From the NCBI RefSeq assembly GCF_000284455.1, contig NC_017039.1, positions 2,220,001 to 2,252,000 on the forward strand: 32,000 nucleotides of DNA. Reading direction: 5' to 3'. The notes below the pieces were generated by a model, which worked only from the letters and a program-made list of their open reading frames with translations, was not told the origin of the DNA and did not search any database. Below, in pieces: positions 1 through 9,464 of the stretch. Source of the stretch: Synechocystis sp. PCC 6803 substr. PCC-P. Its GTDB lineage: Bacteria; Cyanobacteriota; Cyanobacteriia; Cyanobacteriales; Microcystaceae. Every line of letters starts with the position of its first letter. Positions within the stretch are counted from its first letter, which is position 1. Both the position numbers and the translations under genes were made by a program.

Positions 1-141
1 TGGTAACTGCGTAACTGGATTATGATTTGTTAAGTAAAATTAAGTTTTGTGAATATTTGTCTGGGTGTTTCTTTCACCACTTGCTTTTTTGATCACTATA
101 AATATACTAAAGCCTAATGATCTTGAACAAGACTTTGCATT

Positions 142-702
142 ATGGCTTACAAGAATGAACTGATAAAAGCCTTAAAACTTTGCCTATTCACCCAAAAGAG
201 CACATCAGGTTGGACATTAATCGAAATTGGCGTTGTGACCACAATTGTGGGAATTTTGGCCAGCGTGGCATTTCCCTCACTCATGGGCATAAAGGCTAAA
301 ATGGATACTAGGGGTGAATTTTCTGAGGTGGTACAGACTCTCCGACAGGCTCAACGTAATGCAGTCAAAATGGGTAGAGAATGTAGATTGATTATGGATA
401 CCACCAACACCCCACACCGCCTACAACTGGATCCCGATGCAAAATACACTGGATGTTTAACATTTCAGGAATTTCCTCTGAACAATAGTAAGTTCCATGA
501 GAATTTTCCCGGTACAGCAATTCGCTTTTCTTACAAGGGAAACTCTACTAACATGGGAACGATGGTTATTCAGTCATCTTTTTCTCCCACAGTAAGTTAT
601 TGTTTGGCCATGTCTGGCATGATTGGTGTAATGAGAGCAGGGGTTTACGAAGGAGATCCAGAAACAGCTATTGATCCCACGCAATGCAGAACTGGTTATT
701 AG
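142..702 (+). CDS. type IV pilin-like protein (prepilin N-terminal methylation motif)
   Basis: ORF 186 aa; N-terminal STSGWTLIEIGVVTTIVGILASVAFPSLM resembles a prepilin peptidase site (G|xTLIE) followed by a hydrophobic helix. Confidence 0.85.
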   Translation: MAYKNELIKALKLCLFTQKSTSGWTLIEIGVVTTIVGILASVAFPSLMGIKAKMDTRGEFSEVVQTLRQAQRNAVKMGRECRLIMDTTNTPHRLQLDPDAKYTGCLTFQEFPLNNSKFHENFPGTAIRFSYKGNSTNMGTMVIQSSFSPTVSYCLAMSGMIGVMRAGVYEGDPETAIDPTQCRTGY

Positions 703-723
703 CAAAACTAAGGAGATAAGACA

Positions 724-1641
724 GTGAAAATTCTATGGTACTTAATGACACGTAATTCCTCTAAAGGCTTTACACTACTCGAGTTACTGTTGGCCTCAAT
801 CATGACTTTTTTTGTGGTCAGTGCTACGGGCTATGCCATTTTAGTTATGACCAGGGAAAATATATCTTCTGACGTGTCCAGTGATTTGAGATTTAATACC
901 GATAGGGCAACAGATTTCATAGCAGACGAAATAAGACAGGCCAACTTTTTGTCAACGAATACAGCTAACATACCGACAAATACAGGCACAGGTATAGAAA
1001 GTTGTGCAATGCAGACTGGTGAGCAATTTGTGATGGGATTAGCGGTTAGTTCTTCAGACGTAAACGTAGTTTATTACACAAAAACTCCTCCGGGCGGTGT
1101 ATGGTTAGGGCCCAGTTCAATTTATCGTTGCGGGCCCTCATTGACTTCTAGTGGGCAGTTGGGATCGGGCAGAATCAGAAGTATTCTTGTTGATTCCATA
1201 TCCACTGCGGCCGGCGCAACAACACCAACCTGCCCGTCTGGAACAACAAAAAGACCGACGACTCCTACCGCTGGCTTTTTTCTTTGTGTGGACAATAGTA
1301 ACCAAAATTTAGTTCAACTACGATTAACGGCGGCATCTGACGAACTTGCTAATCGAGGGATGACAACAACTGGAGGTCAAGGCCGATTTGATAGTAAAGC
1401 TACCTACTCAGTTGTAACTACTGCTTTTACAAGAGCGGCATCTGATATTGCAACTTTAAATGAAAGTGGAACATGCACAGGCGTTACAGTGGCGGTTGAT
1501 GGGAGAGCTGCTATACCTTTTTCTAGTGGAATGAGTGTGGTGGCAACATCTAGTAGCACAATGGTTTTTAGTCCTGGCACATGGACAAAAACAGGTAATA
1601 GCTATACCAGTGGAGGTTGTACAATTAATGCAGTCTTTTAA
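724..1641 (+). CDS. type IV pilin-like / PilW-like minor pilin
   Basis: ORF 305 aa; N-terminal SSKGFTLLELLLASIMTFFVVSATGYAILV; starts 22 nt after the preceding pilin-like ORF on the same strand. Confidence 0.85.
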   Translation: MKILWYLMTRNSSKGFTLLELLLASIMTFFVVSATGYAILVMTRENISSDVSSDLRFNTDRATDFIADEIRQANFLSTNTANIPTNTGTGIESCAMQTGEQFVMGLAVSSSDVNVVYYTKTPPGGVWLGPSSIYRCGPSLTSSGQLGSGRIRSILVDSISTAAGATTPTCPSGTTKRPTTPTAGFFLCVDNSNQNLVQLRLTAASDELANRGMTTTGGQGRFDSKATYSVVTTAFTRAASDIATLNESGTCTGVTVAVDGRAAIPFSSGMSVVATSSSTMVFSPGTWTKTGNSYTSGGCTINAVF

Positions 1642-1698
1642 AGCAAAAATGGTAGCTTAAAATTATCTCTTTCCTAAATTATTGTCAGCAAAACTATA

Positions 1699-2394
1699 GT
1701 GAAACAGACCGTGTTATTCATTCCTGGATTTGCTGGAACCCCGGCCATGTGGGACTATCCCATAACTAATCTCGAGGATATTATCGATGCCCAAAGCTTG
1801 GTAATGGAAGGAGATTCGCTGCAGGCAATGGTGGATTTAGTTGTTAACAGCAACACACTGCCCGATAAATTTGCCCTGGTTGGCCATTCCATGGGGTCTT
1901 GGGTGGGAGCCGCCACCGCTGCCCTGCACCCAGAAAGAATTACTAAACTAGTGCTGATGGACGGTTGGGCTAGAAATAATGCTGCTAAAGCTGAAGAAAT
2001 GGAAGCCACACTCAAGGCTCTGGAGGCAGGACAACACCAACAAGTTTTGGCTCAGCACTGCCCCAATGTTTTTTATGGTGATAATGCCAACTTTAGTAAT
2101 AATGTTAAGTTTCTGCGGAGTCTCCAGGAATCTTTGCCGGCATCCCTAATTACGCAACAGTGGCAGGCCATGGCCAAAGACAACGATGTTCGTCACTTAT
2201 TACCAAAAATTCAATGTCCCACCCTGGTGATCCATGGCCGTCATGATCCTTGGTTTGACTTGGACGAGAATTTATTCCTGGCCCAATCGATTCCCCATGC
2301 TCAATTCACCATCGTGGAAGATGCGGCCCACGGCACTCCCATTGAACAACCCCAAGCAACCACTGCTTTGTTGCGTCTTTTCCTCGGCAATTAA
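1699..2394 (+). CDS. alpha/beta hydrolase (BioH-like)
   Basis: ORF 231 aa; FIPGFAGTPAMW, nucleophile elbow GHSMGSW, catalytic Asp region VIHGRHDPWF, His region DAAHGTPIE. Confidence 0.85.
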   Translation: MKQTVLFIPGFAGTPAMWDYPITNLEDIIDAQSLVMEGDSLQAMVDLVVNSNTLPDKFALVGHSMGSWVGAATAALHPERITKLVLMDGWARNNAAKAEEMEATLKALEAGQHQQVLAQHCPNVFYGDNANFSNNVKFLRSLQESLPASLITQQWQAMAKDNDVRHLLPKIQCPTLVIHGRHDPWFDLDENLFLAQSIPHAQFTIVEDAAHGTPIEQPQATTALLRLFLGN

Positions 2395-2614
2395 GATTTT
2401 GTGCAAACCACCCCAATGCCCATCATGTTGACTAAGCCCATCCGCAACCTAGGGAGTATGGAATCAAAGGTTGGGGTTTTCTGCAATGGTGACAGCTAAA
2501 TCCTCCGGGTAGACGACGATATAGACTTTAATACCCGAATATTAAAAGCAGAAAAAAAGGGGGAACAGGTGGTAATTCCCGCTTCCCCAGCAATGGGCGA
2601 TGGAGGTATCAAGA

Positions 2615-2938
2615 CTAGAACTGTTTTTCAACCTGCTCAAACGTGTTGGACAATTCATTCCAACTTTTCTCTAGGCCAGCTTGCAATTCTTCCCAAGCCG
2701 CTTCACCGGACTGTTGCAGATCGTGCCATTTACCCATTAGGGCGTCCCGTTGAGCCTGAAGGTCTTTGAGGGATTTTTGATAGTTAACATTGGCATCTGC
2801 CGCTTTTTCTCTCGCTTCGGCAGTCATTTGGTCAATCTGGGCATTGAGCTTGTCAATTTTTGCCCTTACCTTCTCTTTGTAGGCTTCTTTTTCTTGGGCA
2901 GTCATAGTAGTGGGGTTAGACATAAAGGTTATCCTCAT
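2615..2938 (-). CDS. small helical/coiled-coil protein of unknown function
   Basis: ORF 107 aa rich in K/E/Q/A heptad-like sequence (AREKAADANVNYQKSLKDLQAQRDALMGKWHDLQQ); start probably at an internal Met (MSNPTTMT or MTAQEK). Confidence 0.6.
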   Translation of the reverse strand: MRITFMSNPTTMTAQEKEAYKEKVRAKIDKLNAQIDQMTAEAREKAADANVNYQKSLKDLQAQRDALMGKWHDLQQSGEAAWEELQAGLEKSWNELSNTFEQVEKQF

Positions 2939-3103
2939 CTGTTTTTGTTTACTTTTCGCTTGCCGTCGGCTTTTTAATAAACCGCAGCACCCAGCCAGTG
3001 ATGGGAAGAAGAAATTAAACGTTTCCCGGCATCACACCAGTAGGGTTAGTTAATGTTGTTTTGTGGAAATATTTATTTGACTGATTGGCCAAACTTGCTT
3101 GGT

Positions 3104-3562
3104 CTAGAATCTGCCAGTGATAGATAGGACTATCACGATTAGGGCTAAAGCCAAATTGGCAGCCAACCCGAAACCAATTAAATTCCGTCTAAACTGTTTC
3201 TTGGAATTTGGATCGATTTCTGATACAGGAGGAGAAACAGGATAAGCATTGATCAAACCCGAATCGGTGATCCGGTAGGCAGGCTCAACGTTGGGGGAAG
3301 AGGGCGCATTGGCTTTGCCGGTTGTTTCTTTCATTTCCGACTCTGGAGTCAGAGGCTTCTCCCTCTCTGTCAATCCCTTGGCGGCAACTTCAGAGGGAAT
3401 TAGGTCGCTCCCATCACTGAAATGTTGGCCATGACTATTTTTAGCATTGGTTTCTTTTGCCAAAGCTACATTCTGGTTATCCATTGATAACCCTCCATCT
3501 AACGACAGCAAGTAATTTCCTTGCAATGACCCCATTATAACTCTCTGTCGTGCTTTTGTCAA
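3104..3562 (-). CDS. hypothetical protein with one C-terminal transmembrane helix
   Basis: ORF up to 152 aa; C-terminal RRNLIGFGLAANLALALIVIVLSITGRF; probable start at internal MDNQN. Confidence 0.55.
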   Translation of the reverse strand: MTKARQRVIMGSLQGNYLLSLDGGLSMDNQNVALAKETNAKNSHGQHFSDGSDLIPSEVAAKGLTEREKPLTPESEMKETTGKANAPSSPNVEPAYRITDSGLINAYPVSPPVSEIDPNSKKQFRRNLIGFGLAANLALALIVIVLSITGRF

Positions 3563-3591
3563 CTTAAAGTAATTTAACTTTAAATATATCG

Positions 3592-4356
3592 TTATAATTT
3601 TATAACTATTTTGTCATTACATAGCCTAAGAATATGTTTGAAAAGTTCGAGGCAAAGCCTTCGGAGTATGAGATGGAGCATGGCAACATGAATCATTGTC
3701 TCACTGGTGGTAGGTAAATATTCATAATCCTTTTGTCCATTCTTTTTGCTGACGACTTCCAAATTCCAGCCAAAGGTCTCATTAACCCAGGCAGTAAAAT
3801 TCTTACTGTCAAAAATGCTATCAGTCCATATCAATTGCAGGCACTGCCATAGAGGAGCAAACCAAGTACCGAGTAGAGTAAGACCTTGGTGGTCTGAGCG
3901 ATGACCGCTGTGAACCACAACATCGAGAAGTAATCCCATGGTATCCACGAGGATTGTACGTTTACGACCATTGACCTTTTTTCCACCGTCATAACCGCTT
4001 TCTTGTCCAGCGCCAGCCTTTCTCACTGACTGTGAGTCCAAACAACCAGCACTAGGGTTGGCATTTCTTCCGGCCTTAAGTCGAATCTTCTTTCTGAGGA
4101 TGTGATTCAATTTTTTCCAGGTACCGTCTTCCTGCCACTGTCGGAAATAACCATAGACTCTTCGCCATTTGGGAAAATCATGGGGTAGAAGTCGCCAAGC
4201 ACAACCCGCTCTGAGCATGTAAAAAATGGCATTAAGCACTTCCCTCAGATTAGTTTTCCGTTTTCTTCCCCCACTTTTTGCTTGGGGGAGATTGGATTCT
4301 ACCAATTGCCACTGACTATCACTGATGTCCGTGCTGTAAAGTTCTCGGATTATCAT
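3592..4356 (-). pseudogene. IS5-family-like transposase, internally deleted
   Basis: Same family as the 4445-5230 ORF, but the segment GFEVLPRRWVVERTFAWFGRYRRLSK is missing between VVSKKNGQK and DYEYLPTTSE; the ORF runs past the element's left end. Confidence 0.85.
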
Positions 4357-4423
4357 TAATTATGGTGAAAATTTTATTCTTTTCACCATTTTCCATTCTT
4401 CACCCTACTTTTCAAACACGCTC
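3630..4423 (-). mobile_element. IS5-family-like insertion sequence, copy 1, internally deleted
   Basis: Imperfect terminal repeats (left GAATATGTTTGAAAAGT; right ends ACTTTTCAAACACGCTC), flanked by TAA (3627-3629) and TTA (4424-4426); about 77 nt shorter than copy 2. Confidence 0.8.
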
Positions 4424-4426
4424 TTA

Positions 4427-5297
4427 GAAAGTGTTTGAAAAGTTTTAAGCAAGCCTTTGAAGCATGAGATGAACCATGGCAACATAGAGCATGGTCTCAC
4501 TGGTGGTAGGTAAATATTCATAATCCTTGCTTAAACGACGATAGCGACCAAACCAAGCAAAGGTGCGCTCGACTACCCAACGGCGGGGTAAGACTTCAAA
4601 ACCTTTTTGTCCCTGCTTTTTGCTGACGACATTCAAATTCCAACCAAAAGTATGCTCCACCCAATAGATAAAATCCTTTCCGCCAAAGGTGCTATCAGTC
4701 CATATAACTTGCAGGCACTGCCAAAGGGGAGCAAACCAGGTAGCAAGTAGAATCAGACCCTGATGGTCGGAGCGATGGGCACCATGGACGACAACATCGA
4801 GAAGTAATCCCATGGTATCCACGAGGATTGTACGTTTACGACCATTGACCTTTTTTCCGCCGTCATAGCCAGTTTCTTGGCCAGTTCCAGCCTTTTTAAG
4901 TGACTGTGAATCTAAACAACCGGCACTAGGGTGAGTATTTCTTCCAGCTTTGAGCCGAACTTTCTCACGGAAGATACGGTTTAATTTTTTCCAGGTACCA
5001 TCTTCGTGCCATGGCTGGAAATAACCATAGACCGTTCGCCATTTAGGAAAATCATGGGGCAGAAGTCGCCAGGCACACCCCGTTCTGAGCATGTAAAAAA
5101 TAGCATTGAGTATCTCCCGCAGACTAGTTTTCCGTTTTCTTCCCCCAGTTTTTGCTTTGGGTAAATGAGGTTCTACCAATTGCCACTGGCTATCTGTGAT
5201 GTCCGTGCTGTAAAATTCTCGAATTATCATTAATTATGGTGAAAATTTTATTCTTTTCACCATTTTCCATTCTTCACCCTACTTTTCAAACACGCTC
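4427..5297 (-). mobile_element. IS5-family-like insertion sequence, copy 2, apparently full length
   Basis: Terminal repeats GAAAGTGTTTGAAAAGT / ACTTTTCAAACACGCTC; flanked by TTA at 4424-4426 and TTA at 5298-5300 (consistent with a TNA target duplication). Confidence 0.85.
4445..5230 (-). CDS. IS5-family-like transposase
   Basis: ORF 261 aa; SDSQWQLVEPHLP, GCAWRLLPHDFPKWRTVYGYF, DTMGLLLDVVVHGAHRSD, RRWVVERTFAWFGRYRRLSKDYE, typical of IS5-group transposases. Confidence 0.9.
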   Translation of the reverse strand: MIIREFYSTDITDSQWQLVEPHLPKAKTGGRKRKTSLREILNAIFYMLRTGCAWRLLPHDFPKWRTVYGYFQPWHEDGTWKKLNRIFREKVRLKAGRNTHPSAGCLDSQSLKKAGTGQETGYDGGKKVNGRKRTILVDTMGLLLDVVVHGAHRSDHQGLILLATWFAPLWQCLQVIWTDSTFGGKDFIYWVEHTFGWNLNVVSKKQGQKGFEVLPRRWVVERTFAWFGRYRRLSKDYEYLPTTSETMLYVAMVHLMLQRLA

Positions 5298-5479
5298 TTA
5301 GGATCTATTCCAACGACAAGACTAGATCGGAAATTGGGGGAATTATCGAGTGAAACCTTACAAAGCATAAGACAAGGGATAATTTTTCATTAGCTTTGGA
5401 ATAATAATCAGCCTATTTAGGGAGCAAAATAACAGCGATTAAGCCCCTGGGATTCAGCAACATAAAGGGATTGATCAAC

Positions 5480-5578
5480 GCTGATCGTTACTATGCCATG
5501 CAAAAAGGAGGCATTGTGGCGTCCGGGGAAACCCAAACCTTGAGCCAGGAAGTTATCCAAAAATTCTTGGCCGTTTAA
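5480..5578 (+). pseudogene. C-terminal remnant of an ABC transporter ATP-binding subunit (LivF/UrtE-like)
   Basis: Manual translation ADRYYAMQKGGIVASGETQTLSQEVIQKFLAV* has the ADRxYxMxxGxIVxSG pattern of LivF/UrtE C-termini; no Walker motifs upstream; not in the ORF track. Confidence 0.5.
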
Positions 5579-5654
5579 TCTTTCCAGATTTTTCTCCACT
5601 GCCGGATTAATGGTATTTTTTCGGGTGTCGTAACCCTAAAGAGGAATTTAATCT

Positions 5655-6203
5655 GTGAACGTGATTCCCACAACTATCGCCGATGTGTTGATTTTGGAGC
5701 CCAAAGTCTTTGGCGATGAACGGGGTTTTTTCTTTGAGAGCTACAACGACAAGGTTTTCCAGCAGGCAGTGGGCATAGAACCCCATTTTGTGCAGGACAA
5801 TCATTCCTTTTCTCGTCAGGGGGTAGTGCGGGGGTTACATTATCAAATCCAGCATCCCCAGGGAAAATTAGTTCGGGTGGCCCGGGGAGAAATTTTTGAT
5901 GTGGCAGTGGATCTGCGCCGTAATTCCCCTAGTTTTGGCCAGTGGGTGGGTTGTGTGCTCAATGACCACAATAAAAGACAGCTATGGATTCCCGCCGGTT
6001 TTGCCCACGGTTTCGCCGTTCTTTCCCCGGAGGCAGAGGTGCTGTATAAAGCAACGGATTACTATGCACCGTCCTATGAGCGCACCCTATTGTGGAATGA
6101 CCCGGCCATTGGCATTGATTGGTCGTTAACCACCACTCCCCTATTATCTCTCAAGGATCAACGGGGTCTTCCCCTAGCCGAAGCGGAGGTGTTTGATTTT
6201 TAA
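5655..6203 (+). CDS. rfbC: dTDP-4-dehydrorhamnose 3,5-epimerase
   Basis: ORF 182 aa; EPKVFGDERGFFFESYN, VQDNHSFSRQGVVRGLHYQ, GQWVGCVLNDHNKRQLWIPAGFAHGF; probable GTG start. Confidence 0.93.
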   Translation: MNVIPTTIADVLILEPKVFGDERGFFFESYNDKVFQQAVGIEPHFVQDNHSFSRQGVVRGLHYQIQHPQGKLVRVARGEIFDVAVDLRRNSPSFGQWVGCVLNDHNKRQLWIPAGFAHGFAVLSPEAEVLYKATDYYAPSYERTLLWNDPAIGIDWSLTTTPLLSLKDQRGLPLAEAEVFDF

Positions 6204-6270
6204 GTTCGCCTCTTTCCTGAATTACCCAAAAGTTTGCTGGAGAAGAATCAAGGACTCATTTTCTCCAACC

Positions 6271-8154
6271 CTAAGAAGAAGGGGGCAAAACATCCGCTCC
6301 TCCCGTCGTCTGGCCAAATTTTTGCCGGAGCCATTGCCAAATTTTTCCCAGTAATTGTTCCAAGCCGTACACCAGACGATCAAGCCATTCCAAGCACCAA
6401 ACCAAGACGTGTTTGTCATAGCCCAAACTCTGGGCCTGGGTTTCAATCCAATCAAAAGCGGTTTCCAATTCTTGGGGCGATCGCCTTTGATGGGCCATTT
6501 GCCCCGTGGAGTGAAGCGATTTTCCTTGGGGTTTAGTCTCCCCTTGGGCAGACACAACTTTTTCCTCTAATTCATCTAAAGCCCAATCCTCCTCCAGCCA
6601 GGGATCTTGCGCCACCATCCCAGGGGGACTGGGGAAAACGGAATTTACCAAGGCGGATTGCTTACGGCCAGGGTGTTTACGACCACGGCGATTAGGGGCG
6701 ATCGCCGGGGAATTATTACCAGGAACCAACGCAAAATTGTGGGGATTTTCAATGCTTTCCTCTGTCCATTGTTCAACGGTATGGGCTGTGGTAGCGGATC
6801 CATTGCCTTGGCCCAGTAGAGGCGTAACCATGGCGGGCATGGGCAAATCAGCAAACAATTCTTCCCAAGCCAACCACGGACTGGAATTTTCCCCTGGTAA
6901 AACAGGATTATTTCCCCCTTCCCCTGCCAACGATTGGGCTGAACCACTTCTCTGGGGACCGAAAAAGTAGGCGATCGCCGCTTGGAGAATCACTTTTAAC
7001 TCGAACGGATCAGGGCCATTAACCGGATGGCGATCGGAATTGAATAATTGCTCGAGGGTTTGTTGTACCCGATGCTGTAAACCCTGCCCCAGATGTTGCA
7101 CTGTAGGGGGCAGCACTTCGACAATTTGTTGGGATAGTTGTTGAGATTTAACTACGGTGGCTTCAATAACGGGTTGTTGTCCCAGGGTTGTGGCAGTCTG
7201 GGTGAGCCAATGTTTTAAGCCATTAAGATCGGGGGTTGAAACCGCTGTGGGGATAATGGCCCCGGTGGATTGTCCCAAGGTCGTTAAGGGCGGTCTAGTT
7301 TGCCAACGGTAAATGCCCTGCCAGAGCCAATCCAGGGGCGCAATCACTCGGGGTTGTCGTTCCAGATCCCCACTCTGGTCACTTTTGCCGGTAATCAGAG
7401 GGATACCCCGCCAATTTTGGGCCTGTAAAGCCCATTGCCGACGACGTTGATAATGCCATTGGGCCAACTCCCGCCGGATTTGTTGTTGCAATTGTTGCTG
7501 TTGCTCCGAGGAAAACACATCCAGAGTCAAATTGTCTTTGGTGGTCAGCACTAACCGGCGATCGCCACAACGGGAAGCTAAACCTTGAATAACAATGGCA
7601 TTGTTGTCAGTTTGGAAAATGCTTTTAACCTGTTCCCCCAATTTAGCTAGCAGGGATGGGTGGGCACTGGGGGGTAAAGCCGGTTTTTCTGGCTGTCCGG
7701 GTAAAGCTAGGTCTTGATTATGAACTGAAACAATATTTTCCCCAGGGGATTGATGATTGACTAAAGCGGAGAAATCTTGGACTAAAACTAAACCCTGACC
7801 AGTTTGCTCCACTTCAGCATGGTCAAACCAAGCTTGGAGGGAGGTAAGTACCGTTTCAATGGGCTGGTCAACGGCGATCGCCAAATCTCCCCTATCCCCA
7901 GAATTTACCTTGTCTCCATCTTTTCCGGCAGGTAAAACCCGTTGATGCTGATTGCCCCCGCTCCCCAACACTGGCCCTAACCACTTTTCTGGATGGAGTA
8001 ACCAGTAAAAGGGATAAATTAAAGCCTGTACGCCCCATTCCGCAGCCACCCGCAGATGACGTACTGTTTCCCCCAGGCGATCGCGTAACCGTTGGGATTG
8101 GCGATTGAGATTGGTAAAAAGACGACTCTTATAGGGGCCACGGGAACTAGACAT
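6271..8154 (-). CDS. large hypothetical protein (function unknown)
   Basis: ORF 627 aa with long uninterrupted coding potential; no family motif recognised. Confidence 0.75.
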   Translation of the reverse strand: MSSSRGPYKSRLFTNLNRQSQRLRDRLGETVRHLRVAAEWGVQALIYPFYWLLHPEKWLGPVLGSGGNQHQRVLPAGKDGDKVNSGDRGDLAIAVDQPIETVLTSLQAWFDHAEVEQTGQGLVLVQDFSALVNHQSPGENIVSVHNQDLALPGQPEKPALPPSAHPSLLAKLGEQVKSIFQTDNNAIVIQGLASRCGDRRLVLTTKDNLTLDVFSSEQQQQLQQQIRRELAQWHYQRRRQWALQAQNWRGIPLITGKSDQSGDLERQPRVIAPLDWLWQGIYRWQTRPPLTTLGQSTGAIIPTAVSTPDLNGLKHWLTQTATTLGQQPVIEATVVKSQQLSQQIVEVLPPTVQHLGQGLQHRVQQTLEQLFNSDRHPVNGPDPFELKVILQAAIAYFFGPQRSGSAQSLAGEGGNNPVLPGENSSPWLAWEELFADLPMPAMVTPLLGQGNGSATTAHTVEQWTEESIENPHNFALVPGNNSPAIAPNRRGRKHPGRKQSALVNSVFPSPPGMVAQDPWLEEDWALDELEEKVVSAQGETKPQGKSLHSTGQMAHQRRSPQELETAFDWIETQAQSLGYDKHVLVWCLEWLDRLVYGLEQLLGKIWQWLRQKFGQTTGGADVLPPSS

Positions 8155-8312
8155 GGGGGCTACCGATTACCAATGAAACACTCACAATGCTCAAAGACCA
8201 AAGTGATCAGATTGTGTTCTATCCTACCCCGACTAGATGGGGCTGACCGACTTCGCATAGAATCTAACAGGGATATAAAACCCCTTCCCCTTTATCTACT
8301 GCAAATTGTACT

Positions 8313-9341
8313 ATGGTTTCAGAACGCATTTTGCCTGAATTGAACACCGCAGAAATTTCCCTGGACAGAGAAACCGCCTTAGTGCTTTACGAAGACATGG
8401 TCCTGGGTCGCTTCTTCGAGGATAAATGCGCTGAGATGTATTACCGGGGCAAAATGTTTGGTTTTGTCCACCTCTACAACGGCCAGGAAGCGGTGTCCTC
8501 TGGGATAATCAAAGCCATGCGCCAGGATGAGGATTACGTTTGCAGTACCTATCGAGACCATGTTCATGCCCTCAGTGCGGGAGTTCCAGCTCGGGAAGTA
8601 ATGGCGGAACTGTTTGGTAAGGAAACCGGTTGCAGTCGGGGTCGGGGTGGTTCTATGCACCTATTTTCCTCGGCCCATAATCTCCTGGGGGGCTTTGCGT
8701 TCATCGGGGAAGGGATTCCCGTGGCCCTGGGAGCGGCGTTTCAAACTAAGTACCGCCGGGAAGTGTTGAAAGATGACGGCTACGACCAAGTTACCGCCTG
8801 TTTCTTCGGTGATGGCACCAGTAATAACGGCCAGTTTTTTGAATGCCTGAACATGGCCGCCCTGTGGAAACTGCCCATTCTGTTTGTGGTGGAAAATAAT
8901 AAATGGGCGATCGGTATGGCCCACGAGCGGGCAACGTCCCAACCAGAAATCTACAAAAAAGCCAGTGTGTTCAACATGGTGGGGGTAGAAGTGGATGGTA
9001 TGGATGTGGTGGCAATGCATAAAGTAGCAACGGAAGCAGTGGCTAGGGCCAGGGCAGGCGAAGGGCCTACCTTGATTGAAGCGTTGACCTATCGTTTCCG
9101 GGGTCACTCCCTAGCGGATCCCGATGAACTCCGTTCTGCCGAAGAAAAACAGTTTTGGGCTGCCCGGGACCCAATTAAGAAATTTGCCGCTTTCATGACG
9201 GAACACGAATTAGCCAGCAATGAAGAGCTAAAGGCGATCGATAAACGCATTCAAGAAGTAATTGACGATGCCCTGGCCTTTGCCGAGTCTAGCCCCGAAC
9301 CCAATCCCGAAGATCTGAGGAAATATATTTTCGCCGATTAG
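8313..9341 (+). CDS. pdhA: pyruvate dehydrogenase E1 component, alpha subunit
   Basis: ORF 342 aa; [28 protein letters not shown], ThDP-binding region [47 protein letters not shown]. Confidence 0.95.
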   Translation: MVSERILPELNTAEISLDRETALVLYEDMVLGRFFEDKCAEMYYRGKMFGFVHLYNGQEAVSSGIIKAMRQDEDYVCSTYRDHVHALSAGVPAREVMAELFGKETGCSRGRGGSMHLFSSAHNLLGGFAFIGEGIPVALGAAFQTKYRREVLKDDGYDQVTACFFGDGTSNNGQFFECLNMAALWKLPILFVVENNKWAIGMAHERATSQPEIYKKASVFNMVGVEVDGMDVVAMHKVATEAVARARAGEGPTLIEALTYRFRGHSLADPDELRSAEEKQFWAARDPIKKFAAFMTEHELASNEELKAIDKRIQEVIDDALAFAESSPEPNPEDLRKYIFAD

Positions 9342-9464
9342 TATGCTGGGGGAGCGGCGCAATACGTTCACCGTTTGGGAGAATGGAATAGTTAACCGTG
9401 GGAGTTTGTTTATGATTGTGCTCCTGATCGATTAACTGCCTATTTTTCCTCCTACCCCCTGTGC

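Noticed and set aside
2234-2769. Short plus-strand ORFs of 65 and 66 aa
   Set aside because: The first overlaps the hydrolase in another frame; the second runs antisense into the small coiled-coil gene and lacks motifs.
3500-5700. Possible defence island around the IS pair
   Set aside because: Only transposase genes and a short transporter-like remnant are present; no nuclease, RT, toxin-antitoxin or effector motifs seen.
6222-6570. Several short ORFs around the end of the 627-aa gene
   Set aside because: Mostly overlap the large minus-strand ORF in other frames, with no motifs.
8379-9107. Minus-strand ORFs of 93 and 148 aa
   Set aside because: Antisense to the well-supported pdhA reading frame.
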